From an uncultured Bacteroidales bacterium (GTDB taxonomy: Bacteria; Bacteroidota; Bacteroidia; Bacteroidales; UBA932), in NCBI GenBank assembly GCA_946545765.1, contig CAMNNS010000001.1, forward strand, positions 1 to 57,311: DNA of 57,311 nucleotides, in the 5' to 3' direction. The position numbers were made by a program, and so were the translations under genes. The stretch's first letter is position 1. The number at the start of each line of letters is the position of its first letter. Positions 29,767-38,215 of the stretch are shown here, piece after piece. The notes under the pieces are model-generated. The model saw only the letters and a program-made list of their open reading frames with translations. It ran no database searches and was not told the origin of the DNA.

Positions 29767-31404
29767 ATGGCAAACAATATGAGAATAAAAAATAGATTAG
29801 AAATCACTTTTCTTATCCTTATCGCGATAATAATAACTACCATAAAAACATTTGGTAATCCTACTCTTTTTGAAAAAAACAGAACTCAAGATACTCTCCT
29901 TACAGAGATAGCCAATTTAAAAAGAATCGGAGATTCGTTGTTAATGAATTATGAGTTCACAAGGGCAAGGCTTATTTTTGAAACAATACAAAAGAGGGAC
30001 GACAAAGCAGATATTGAGCAAAAACTCATAAACTGTAAAGAGGGCGAAAAACTTATTAAAATGGGAACAACCCCTCAACTTCTCACAAAGAAAAGATTGA
30101 ACAGAAAGGATTTTTTTCTATACTACCCACAAATTTCTTTATATGGAGATTTTTATAAAGTGGGCAACGATACCCTTTTTGTCCCTAAAGAGAGTAATGA
30201 AATTTATTTTAGTATAAAAAGTGTTCGGGGCGACACCGATATATATTACATACAAAGAAAAGATTCTACTTGGTCAGAGGCTAAAGTGTTGAATAATAAT
30301 GTGGTAACTCAAAACGGAAATGAACTGTATCCAATACTTTCTCCCGATAAGAAAAGTCTCTACTTTTCTTCTAATGGGCATAATGGGCTTGGGGGTTACG
30401 ACCTTTTTGTTAGTCATTGGGACGAAGATATTAACGATTGGGGGATTGCTCAAAATTTAGGTTTACCATACTCTTCCCCTTCTAATGATTTATTTTTCTA
30501 TATAACAAAGGACAATAAATATGCAGTATTTAGTTCTGACAGAGATTTTTATAATAGGAGAAATATCCAAAATGGAAATAACTTAACCACTTATGTATTA
30601 GAAAATAAAGAACAAACAGAGCATCAAAGACTAACTTCTCAACAAGCAAGAGAGTTGGCACAATTAAGATTTACCTTAACAGGAGAGCAATTAGATTCAT
30701 TAACTAAAGCATATATAGATAATGCACTTTTTGGTTTATCAGAAGAAAATTTCAATTATTCACAAGATAGTGTTCGTCAAGAGATTACACAAAGATATAT
30801 TGCAATCAACCAAGAGGTTAGAATGCTTAAAAAAGGGAATCAAGAAGGTATAGATCAAACGACTGAAAGAATTAAGGAATTACAAAAAGAGATTAAAAAA
30901 ATAGAAGATGATTTTTTGAATGACAATGAATTTTTTACCTCACAATATACAACACGAGCTCAAAAGGATAAAAAAGAATCTACAACTAAATCAAATAGTT
31001 TCTCTATAGAAGATTTATTAAACAATAAAGCAGAGGTTAAAATGCCCCAATCCCAATATTTCAAAGATTTGCAAGTTAATAGAGACCTCTCGTTTTGTAT
31101 AACTAAAGATATTCTCTTGGCATCCAAAGAAGATATGCCTAACGGATTGGTATATCAGATAAGATTTCTCTCCTCTAATATGAAAAGCAGTAAAAATAGT
31201 TTTAAAGGATTAAGCCCTGTGTTTGAAAGAGAATCAGGAGGGAGATTCTACTATAATGTTGGTGTTTTCTTTAAATACGAAGAGGCTTTGGAGGCGTTAG
31301 AAAAAGTAAAAGAGGTAGGTTTCACTACGGCACAAATTGTGGCTTATGAAAACGATAAACTTATAACATTGGCAGTAGCAAAAAGGAAAGAGAAAAATAA
31401 CTAA
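29767..31404 (+). CDS. Membrane-anchored PD40 (TolB-like beta-propeller repeat) protein with coiled coil and C-terminal SPOR-like domain
   Basis: 545 aa with an N-terminal TM segment. PD40-like repeats include ELYPILSPDKKSLYFSSNGHNGLGGYDLFV and YAVFSSDRD. The C-terminal YQIRFLSS...YYNVGVFFKYEEALEALEKVKEVGFTTAQIV resembles a SPOR fold. Confidence 0.5.
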   Translation: MANNMRIKNRLEITFLILIAIIITTIKTFGNPTLFEKNRTQDTLLTEIANLKRIGDSLLMNYEFTRARLIFETIQKRDDKADIEQKLINCKEGEKLIKMGTTPQLLTKKRLNRKDFFLYYPQISLYGDFYKVGNDTLFVPKESNEIYFSIKSVRGDTDIYYIQRKDSTWSEAKVLNNNVVTQNGNELYPILSPDKKSLYFSSNGHNGLGGYDLFVSHWDEDINDWGIAQNLGLPYSSPSNDLFFYITKDNKYAVFSSDRDFYNRRNIQNGNNLTTYVLENKEQTEHQRLTSQQARELAQLRFTLTGEQLDSLTKAYIDNALFGLSEENFNYSQDSVRQEITQRYIAINQEVRMLKKGNQEGIDQTTERIKELQKEIKKIEDDFLNDNEFFTSQYTTRAQKDKKESTTKSNSFSIEDLLNNKAEVKMPQSQYFKDLQVNRDLSFCITKDILLASKEDMPNGLVYQIRFLSSNMKSSKNSFKGLSPVFERESGGRFYYNVGVFFKYEEALEALEKVKEVGFTTAQIVAYENDKLITLAVAKRKEKNN

Positions 31405-31883
31405 TACACAACACCTCTACCTACTAAAATCTGTTATTACATCTCAAGCAAAAACTTCACAAGTACAAACTTGTCATTATCAAAATCATTTCTCACATAA
31501 GCATAATAGTAATTATCATTCCCCACTGACCACTAAATGAGGTCATAGATGCATCTAAATACAACGAATCTAAGGTTATCTCTCTTAGTTGTGATAACAA
31601 AGTTTCTATTCGTTTTCTCTTTATTCTGAAAACAGATTTTGTCTCTTTGTGTTCAAGTTGATTATCCCAGTATGGAAATTCCAATTAACCACGATGTCAC
31701 TCATTTGAGGTTTCCTTTTTTATGTAGAAAATTATCTTTTTTGTCATTTGCTTGATTATGTCAAGAATTTTCTCGTACTTTGATTTAAAGTTATTAATGC
31801 ACAACGAATAAACTAAATATAATTCTTTTACAAAGTTGCATTTACAACTTGAATCTACGGGATAATGGTGGGTAAAATATATT

Positions 31884-31913
31884 TTTGGTATTAAAGTATT
31901 TTTATTATATTTG
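31884..31913 (+). promoter_or_regulatory. Promoter of tRNA-Ser (TTTG-N18-TATATTTG)
   Basis: TTTG is at 31884-31887 and TATATTTG at 31906-31913. The -7 box ends 37 nt before the mature tRNA 5' end. Confidence 0.5.
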
Positions 31914-31950
31914 CAACCCCCTTTAGTAAAGGGGAAAAGGATACGTCCAC

Positions 31951-32038
31951 GGTGAGATGGGAGAGTGGCTGAATCCAGCAGTTTGCTAAACTGCCGAACC
32001 GGTTTACGGTTCCGCGAGTTCGAATCTCGCTCTCACCG
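31951..32038 (+). tRNA. tRNA-Ser (anticodon GCT), type II with long variable arm; no encoded CCA
   Basis: Hand fold: the acceptor GGTGAGA pairs with TCTCACC. The anticodon stem GCAGT/ACTGC carries the loop TTGCTAA. The variable arm is CGAACCGGTTTACGGTTCC. The T arm is GCGAG-TTCGAAT-CTCGC and the discriminator is G. Confidence 0.9.
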
Positions 32039-32112
32039 CAAAATATTACACAACATTAAACAGGGGGTCTTCTACCCCGTTTTTTATTTACAAATAATTG
32101 TATTTCTGCCTA

Positions 32113-32904
32113 TTAAGAAAATGTCGCCAATTCGGTAATTTCTTTTTTTACCTCTTGACTCACTCTAAAAGAATCCCTTGCTTTTTGGGCTGTTATTTTA
32201 AATATTCTTATCGTGATAGGACTATTGCCAATTCTTTTTTCTTTTCTTAAAAAAGTTAAAGTCTTCTCCGGAAACTTTGCGAGGGCAGTGGTAAAGCACC
32301 AAGCAACCCCCATCTCAACATAGAAAGGGGTCTCAATGTTTTTGTCTGCAAATGTCTTTACTCCTGATTTACAGCTGTTTAAAACCATGTTTATATAATC
32401 TGCTGTTAAAAAATTAACCATATACATAATAATGGCAAATCTACAATCATACTCTTGCCCTTTGAGTAAATAGTGTTGTAAGAAAACATATAGTTTTTTT
32501 ATCTCTGTATTGTCTAACTTTTTGAACCACTTTGTAGTTGAAACACAGCAATCACAAACAGCCCAATTATCTATATATGGAATTAAAAATTTATAATAAT
32601 CTAATCTTTTTGAAAAAGTAGTTTTTATCTCCCCAATAACAAATCCTAACAACAATTTTTCCTCGTGATATAGTTCGTTGGGAGAAATCGTTCTATATAT
32701 TTCTATCAATTCTTCTCCTTTCTCTTTTGCAATTTGTTTTGCATATTTTCTGAGTGCTGGAATTCTAATCCCGAGAATTTTATTTAATCTCTTTTTTGCC
32801 CCTTCTCTCCCCCAAATAACATTAGCATTAAAAACTCTATATTCTTCATCATTAGGGAGAACCAAAGATTTCAACCCTTTTAGAATTTTGTTTCTCTGTT
32901 CCAT
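32113..32904 (-). CDS. DNA alkylation repair protein (AlkD-like HEAT-repeat family)
   Basis: 263 aa. The helical repeat pattern includes IPALRKYAKQIAK, NWAVCDCC and VAWCFTTALAKFPEKT, typical of the DNA_alkylation family as recalled. Confidence 0.65.
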   Translation of the reverse strand: MEQRNKILKGLKSLVLPNDEEYRVFNANVIWGREGAKKRLNKILGIRIPALRKYAKQIAKEKGEELIEIYRTISPNELYHEEKLLLGFVIGEIKTTFSKRLDYYKFLIPYIDNWAVCDCCVSTTKWFKKLDNTEIKKLYVFLQHYLLKGQEYDCRFAIIMYMVNFLTADYINMVLNSCKSGVKTFADKNIETPFYVEMGVAWCFTTALAKFPEKTLTFLRKEKRIGNSPITIRIFKITAQKARDSFRVSQEVKKEITELATFS

Positions 32905-33011
32905 TTTTTATTCTATAAAGCTATCTCAAATATATTATTATTTTTTAGATTTCACCACAATAGAAGAGTCTTCACAGAAATAGAGAAATATTCGAAAAAA
33001 TCTTATCGGGA

Positions 33012-33047
33012 TAAATAAAAAAGAGCCTTTGCAAAAATTACAAAGGC
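33012..33047 (-). terminator. Intrinsic terminator downstream of tRNA-Pro
   Basis: A 7-bp stem pairs GCCTTTG (33025-33031) with CAAAGGC (33041-33047) around a 9-nt loop. On the minus strand it is followed by CTCTTTTTTATTTAT. Confidence 0.55.
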
Positions 33048-33090
33048 CCAAAAAAAACATAGTATGAAAACGATCTATTCTAAATCGTAG

Positions 33091-33164
33091 TCGGGGTACT
33101 CCGACTCGAACGGAGGACCCTCTGGTCCCAAACCAGATGCGCTAGCCAACTGCGCCACACCCCG
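33091..33164 (-). tRNA. tRNA-Pro (anticodon TGG); no encoded CCA
   Basis: The reverse complement is CGGGGTGTGGCGCAGTTGGCTAGCGCATCTGGTTTGGGACCAGAGGGTCCTCCGTTCGAGTCGGAGTACCCCGA. It gives a cloverleaf with anticodon loop TTTGGGA and T loop TTCGAGT. Confidence 0.9.
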
Positions 33165-33181
33165 ATTGCCTTTCAGCCCCG

Positions 33182-33211
33182 CAAATATACAACTATTTTC
33201 TTATTCTCAAA
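33182..33211 (-). promoter_or_regulatory. Promoter of tRNA-Pro (TTTG-N18-TATATTTG)
   Basis: On the minus strand, TTTG is at 33211-33208 and TATATTTG at 33189-33182. The -7 box ends 17 nt before the mature tRNA 5' end. Confidence 0.5.
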
Positions 33212-33243
33212 AAAATATTAAAAATTTATCTACTTAGAGTATT

Positions 33244-34782
33244 TTATATCTGCTCCAACAATCTTTTCATACTAACCTTATTCTCTACAATAGGGTGTAT
33301 TTTCTCTATAGGAACTCTCTCTTGACTCATAGAATCTCTCTCTCTTAATGTAACCATCCCATCTTGTATAGAGTCAAAATCTACTGTTACACAATATGGT
33401 GTTCCTATTGCATCCTGTCTTCTATATCTCTTTCCTATTGTATCTTTTTCCTCGTATTGACAATTAAAATCAAACTTTAACTCTTGCATAATTTTTTGAG
33501 CAACAGCTGTTAGCTCTTCCTTTTTAGTTAGTGGTAAAACTGCCACCTTAACCGGTGCAAGAGCAGGATGAAATTTCATTACAACTCTCTCTTCTCCGTT
33601 TTCTAATTTTTCTTGCTTATATGCTGCAGAAATAAGAGCTAAAAATGTTCTGTCTAAACCAATAGAGGTCTCTATTACATAAGGAATATAACTTGTATTT
33701 TGCTCTGGATCAAAATATTGTATTTTTTTCCCACTAAATTCTTGATGACGACCCAAATCAAAATCTGTCCTTGAATGAATCCCCTCTAACTCTTTAAATC
33801 CAAATGGAAAATTAAATTCTATATCTGTAGCAGCGTTCGCATAATGTGCTAACTTTTCATGGTCATGATAACGATAATTCTCTCTTCCAAGCCCTATTGC
33901 CAAATGCCATTTTAAGCGTGTCTCTCTCCATTTTTCAAACCATTTTAATTCCTCACCAGGGCGAACAAAGAACTGCATCTCCATTTGCTCAAACTCTCTC
34001 ATCCTAAAAATAAATTGTCTTGCAACTATCTCATTCCTAAAAGCTTTACCTATTTGAGCAATACCAAACGGTATTTTCATTCTGCCACTTTTTTGAACAT
34101 TTAAAAAATTGACAAAAATACCTTGGGCAGTTTCCGGTCTTAAATATAATATACCACTCTCATCAGAGATATTCCCTAATTGTGTAGAGAACATTAAATT
34201 AAATTGTCTAACATCTGTCCAATTTCTTGTTCCTGATATTGGATCAACAATTTCACAATCTAAAATCAATTGTTTCAATGCTACTAAATCATTGTTATTT
34301 AGAGCATCCGCCATCTTTGTTTTTATTTGATCTATTTTTTCTTTGTTTCTTTGGATATTCGGATTTGTTGCCCTAAACTGCTCTTCATTAAATGCATCAC
34401 CAAATTTTTTCTTTCCTTTCTCTACCTCTTTCTCTATTTTTGCCTCAATCTTCGCTATGTGATCCTCTAACAAAACATCTGCTCTATATCTTTTCTTTGA
34501 ATCTTTATTGTCTATAAGTGGGTCATTAAAAGCATCTACGTGTCCAGAGGCTTTCCAAATTTTGGGGTGCATAAATATTGCAGAATCTATCCCGACAATA
34601 TTCTCATTAAGCTTGGTCATTGCATCCCACCAATACTTTTTAATATTATTCTTTAGTTCGCTCCCCATTTGTCCATAATCATATACAGCACTTAGTCCAT
34701 CATATATATCACTTGAAGGGAAAATAAATCCATACTCTTTTGTGTGGGCTATCAAATTTTTAAAAAGTTCCTCTTGGGTCAT
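33244..34782 (-). CDS. glyQS: Glycine--tRNA ligase (homodimeric alpha2 type)
   Basis: 512 aa with class II aaRS motifs (YLRPETAQGIF, FRNE, GLDR) and a C-terminal anticodon-binding domain. Confidence 0.95.
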   Translation of the reverse strand: MTQEELFKNLIAHTKEYGFIFPSSDIYDGLSAVYDYGQMGSELKNNIKKYWWDAMTKLNENIVGIDSAIFMHPKIWKASGHVDAFNDPLIDNKDSKKRYRADVLLEDHIAKIEAKIEKEVEKGKKKFGDAFNEEQFRATNPNIQRNKEKIDQIKTKMADALNNNDLVALKQLILDCEIVDPISGTRNWTDVRQFNLMFSTQLGNISDESGILYLRPETAQGIFVNFLNVQKSGRMKIPFGIAQIGKAFRNEIVARQFIFRMREFEQMEMQFFVRPGEELKWFEKWRETRLKWHLAIGLGRENYRYHDHEKLAHYANAATDIEFNFPFGFKELEGIHSRTDFDLGRHQEFSGKKIQYFDPEQNTSYIPYVIETSIGLDRTFLALISAAYKQEKLENGEERVVMKFHPALAPVKVAVLPLTKKEELTAVAQKIMQELKFDFNCQYEEKDTIGKRYRRQDAIGTPYCVTVDFDSIQDGMVTLRERDSMSQERVPIEKIHPIVENKVSMKRLLEQI

Positions 34783-34797
34783 AATCTTAATTATTTT

Positions 34798-35406
34798 TTA
34801 TTCAAAATTTTTTATCTCATTTAAAAGTTTTTTTACAAACTCTCTTTTATCTATTTGAGGGTGTGGTATTTGGAGTTGAGGTGTGCTAATAAATACCTCC
34901 TGCCACTCTTGCTTTTCACCCCCTAAATTATCTCTCTTTTCTAATATTTTTAAAATATCTATGTCCAATGTTCGCGATGTGTATATTTTATCTCCGTTTT
35001 TAATCTCCCCTTTTTCTAATAACGCGTTGTCTCTTTCTCTGCCAAAATCTTTCTCTATTTTTTGACATATCTTTAATACCTCCTCTGGCGTTTTTTGGGT
35101 ATTGCAAACAAAAATCTGATTTACAAAATCTTTCACTTCTCCACTTTCTGTTTTAAAATTGCCAATTGGTTTTGTATTTATTTGGCTACTCCAAAACAAT
35201 ATAGCCTCGTTTTGCAGAGTATAAGCAATTGCACCCTTTTTCTTATTTTTTATCAACTTTTCTAACTCGGTCAATTCAGATAAAAATTCAATACCAAGAA
35301 GTTCTTTACCCACCTTATTAATTGAACTCAAAACTATTTCTGACGGGCATAACTTTTTTGTCTCTAAATTTTTATTGCTCCCAAAAAGGAGATAGACTCT
35401 ATACAT
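34798..35406 (-). CDS. folK: 2-amino-4-hydroxy-6-hydroxymethyldihydropteridine diphosphokinase (HPPK), long form
   Basis: 202 aa with an N-terminal VYLLFGSN, DFVNQ, GRER, RTLDIDIL and IPHPQIDKREFV. These match HPPK signature positions. Confidence 0.6.
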   Translation of the reverse strand: MYRVYLLFGSNKNLETKKLCPSEIVLSSINKVGKELLGIEFLSELTELEKLIKNKKKGAIAYTLQNEAILFWSSQINTKPIGNFKTESGEVKDFVNQIFVCNTQKTPEEVLKICQKIEKDFGRERDNALLEKGEIKNGDKIYTSRTLDIDILKILEKRDNLGGEKQEWQEVFISTPQLQIPHPQIDKREFVKKLLNEIKNFE

Positions 35407-35422
35407 TTTCTTTATTGTATTA

Positions 35423-35761
35423 TCAAAGTAAACCCAACTCCAGCTTTGCCTCCTCGCTCATTCTGCTATCGTCCCATGCAGGCTCAAATGTTAGTTCTAT
35501 TTTAACCCCTTTTACCCCCGGCACATCGCGAGCTGCTCTCTCTACATCTGCCACCAAATCATCTGCTAATGGACATGTTGGCGAAGTCATTGTCATTTTT
35601 ATATAAATGTTATACAGATCCTCTTCTTGAGATTCTGTTACTTTAATTTCATATATCAAGCCTAAATCATAAATATTTACAGAAATCTCTGGGTCAAAGA
35701 CTTGCTTTAATGCCCTAATTAAGTCTTTCTGTACTTCTACTTTTGAATATTTTTTACTCAT
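35423..35761 (-). CDS. sufT: DUF59/SufT-like Fe-S assembly protein
   Basis: VFDPEISVNIYDLGLIY and TMTSPTCPLAD are the DUF59 hallmarks. The track start 35785 is a TTG codon. I used ATG 35761 (MSKKYSK...). Confidence 0.7.
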   Translation of the reverse strand: MSKKYSKVEVQKDLIRALKQVFDPEISVNIYDLGLIYEIKVTESQEEDLYNIYIKMTMTSPTCPLADDLVADVERAARDVPGVKGVKIELTFEPAWDDSRMSEEAKLELGLL

Positions 35762-35834
35762 AAATATATCTGTCCGAATTTTCAAATTTTTAATTCTTTC
35801 TTGTACTTTGGATTGTTTCTTTCAATTGTTTTAA

Positions 35835-36263
35835 CTAATTGTTTTTATTCTTTTCTTTATAAGCAAGAGCATATAATTTTATCTGCTTAATCATTGATAA
35901 CAACCCATTTGACCTTGTCGGGGACAAGTTTGATTCTAAACCTATCTCTTTTATAAAATTTAGATCTGCATTTAAAATATCCTCGGCGGTTTGCCCATTG
36001 AAAACTCTGATAAGAAGAGATATTATCCCTTTTGTAATTATCGCATCACTATCTGCAAAAAAGAAAAGCTTTCCTTCCTCTTCTTTACAACACAACCACA
36101 CTCTGCTTTGGCACCCCTTAATTAAATTCTCTTCTGTTTTTTCTTTTTCATCTATTAGGGTCAATTGTTTACCCAAGTCTATAATATACTGATACTTGTC
36201 CATCCATTCATCAAAAACGGAGAACTCTTCTATAATTTGGTTTTCTATCTCTTTTATTGTCAT
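35835..36263 (-). CDS. sufE: Cysteine desulfuration sulfur acceptor SufE
   Basis: 142 aa with the active-site context IKGCQSRVWL, FFADSDA.ITKG and R.NG at the C-terminus. Confidence 0.85.
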   Translation of the reverse strand: MTIKEIENQIIEEFSVFDEWMDKYQYIIDLGKQLTLIDEKEKTEENLIKGCQSRVWLCCKEEEGKLFFFADSDAIITKGIISLLIRVFNGQTAEDILNADLNFIKEIGLESNLSPTRSNGLLSMIKQIKLYALAYKEKNKNN

Positions 36264-36307
36264 CTCTTAAATTATTTTCTTTTTACCAAACAATTTTAAA
36301 CTGTTGA

Positions 36308-36682
36308 TTAAGAGGATCTAAACATAAAATAGACTGCCGCAATAATCAAAATAAACGATATAAGATGGTTATAATTAAATGTCTGTGTTTTAAAAAACAC
36401 TATTGTAAAAATAGCAAAAACAGAGATAGATATTACTTCTTGTATTATTTTTAATTGGACCAAATTAAAAGGGCCACCCATCTCATTAAAACCTATTCTG
36501 TTTGCCGGAACCAAAAAACAATACTCTAAGAGGGCTATTGCCCAACTTATCAAGATAAAAACTACTATCCCCCAACCATTTATCGCATTAGCCGTTTTAT
36601 ATTTTAACTGCCCATACCAAGCAAAGCACATAAATGAATTGGATATGATAAGTAAAATTATTGTTAATAACCCCCTGCTCAT
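36308..36682 (-). CDS. Small 4-TM DMT-superfamily membrane protein (DUF486-like)
   Basis: 124 aa with an N-terminal LLIISNSFMCFAWYGQLKYK, as in DUF486 proteins recalled from Bacteroidota. Its start is 4 nt after the sufS stop. Confidence 0.6.
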   Translation of the reverse strand: MSRGLLTIILLIISNSFMCFAWYGQLKYKTANAINGWGIVVFILISWAIALLEYCFLVPANRIGFNEMGGPFNLVQLKIIQEVISISVFAIFTIVFFKTQTFNYNHLISFILIIAAVYFMFRSS

Positions 36683-36686
36683 AAAA

Positions 36687-37967
36687 TTAAGATAACATCT
36701 TTTTAGCCTTTACTAAAGCTTCTATAAATTTTTGTGCCTCTTCTAAAGTGTTATACATTGCAAAAGAGGCTCTTAATGCTCCATTAGCACCAAAGCGATT
36801 TAATAGTGGTTCTGCACACATTAAACCGCTCCTAATAGCTATCCCCAACTTATCTAAAATTTGTGCAATATCACTGCTATTACAATTTTTTATATTAAAG
36901 GAGAAAAGTGGTATTTTTTTTTCCGGATTTTTTGGATTACCATAAATCTCCACATCTTTAACGTCGTGTTGGAGAGCTTGATAAACAAACTCTTTTATAT
37001 TCTCTTCTTCCTTTTTAACGCTCTTTGAAATCTCTTTATTTTCTATATTATCAAACAACCTTTCTTCTCTGTTTCCTCTAACACAATCTAAAAAAGATAG
37101 TGCAGGAGATAGGGTCGCATTACCAATAAAATTTGGCGTACCTGCCTCAAATTTTAGAGGGAGTGGTGCGTATGTTGTTTTTTCAAATCTCACAGTATCA
37201 ACCATATCTCCTCCGCCCATATAAGGTGGCATTTTGTTTAACAACTCTTCTTTTCCATACAACACGCCGCTTCCTGTTGCACCATATATTTTATGAGTAG
37301 AAAAAACATAAAAATCGCAATCTAATTCTTGAACATCTACCTTACAGTGAACAATCCCCTGTGCTCCATCGATCAAAACTGGAACCCCTTTATCGTGAGC
37401 AATTTTTACAATCTCTTCTATTGGATTTATAATCCCTAATATATTTGAAATATGTGAACATGCAACTATCTTTACTTTGCTATCTATCAATGAATTTAAC
37501 TGCTCAATACATAATTCTCCGTTGCTATCTACAGGTAAAACTTTTATCTCTCCGCCAACCTTTTCTACAGCAAGTTGCCAAGGGACAATATTAGAGTGAT
37601 GTGAATCAGCAGCAATCAAAACCGAATCTCCCTTTTTTAAAAATTTCTCACAGAAGCTCTTTGCTACCAAATTAATAGAAGCGGTCGCCCCAGATGTAAA
37701 TATTATATTTTCTCTTTTTGGTGCATTTATAAACTTCCTAACATCCTCTCTTGCACCTTCATATAAAATTGTGGCTTTATTAGATAGGTCATACATTGCG
37801 CGATGTACATTAGCATTTATCTCTCCACTCATTTTTTCCAATAAAGACAAAACGCTCTTTGGTTTTTGAGTAGTTGCCGCATTATCTAAATAGATAAGAT
37901 TCTTCCCATTCATCTGTTGAGAGAGAGCAGGAAATTCTTCTCTTATTTTATTTATAATTACATTCAT
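36687..37967 (-). CDS. sufS: Cysteine desulfurase SufS (group II)
   Basis: 426 aa with NAATTQKP, FTSGATASINLV, the PLP-Lys context FSTHKIYG and active-site RSGLMCAEP. Confidence 0.9.
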   Translation of the reverse strand: MNVIINKIREEFPALSQQMNGKNLIYLDNAATTQKPKSVLSLLEKMSGEINANVHRAMYDLSNKATILYEGAREDVRKFINAPKRENIIFTSGATASINLVAKSFCEKFLKKGDSVLIAADSHHSNIVPWQLAVEKVGGEIKVLPVDSNGELCIEQLNSLIDSKVKIVACSHISNILGIINPIEEIVKIAHDKGVPVLIDGAQGIVHCKVDVQELDCDFYVFSTHKIYGATGSGVLYGKEELLNKMPPYMGGGDMVDTVRFEKTTYAPLPLKFEAGTPNFIGNATLSPALSFLDCVRGNREERLFDNIENKEISKSVKKEEENIKEFVYQALQHDVKDVEIYGNPKNPEKKIPLFSFNIKNCNSSDIAQILDKLGIAIRSGLMCAEPLLNRFGANGALRASFAMYNTLEEAQKFIEALVKAKKMLS

Positions 37968-38170
37968 TGATTAACTAATAATAGCTATGATATTCTCACT
38001 TTTGGCTAACAAATATAAAACTTTTAGTTTAAGAAAGAATATAGTATATACAATATCTTATGTTTTAGTGTTTTACATATAAAAATGGATAACTTTGTAA
38101 ACGCTATTACAATAAATACAACCCTAAGAGATTTAGCTCAAATAGAATCGGAAGTCAAGGGATTGTTTGG

Positions 38171-38201
38171 TTTGCCATTGTGTTAATTTTCTTTATATTT
38201 G
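38171..38201 (+). promoter_or_regulatory. Promoter of the SDR gene (TTTG-N19-TATATTTG)
   Basis: TTTG is at 38171-38174 and TATATTTG at 38194-38201. The -7 box ends 14 nt before ATG 38216. The box lies inside the track's GTG-started extension, which argues against that extension. Confidence 0.55.
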
Positions 38202-38215
38202 TAAAAAAAGATTTT

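Noticed and set aside
31493-31684. 63-aa minus-strand ORF as a real gene.
   Set aside because: It is flanked by frame-shifted fragments, has no promoter box or family motif, and ends in a hydrophobic junk-like tail. I treat it as part of a decayed region (see findings), not as a CDS.
38085-38186. 33-aa plus-strand ORF (MDNFVNAITINTTLRDLAQIESEVKGLFGLPLC) in the sufS/SDR divergent spacer. I considered it as a small peptide or RiPP precursor.
   Set aside because: It overlaps the SDR promoter elements, has no neighbouring maturation enzymes, and has no recognisable leader or core features.
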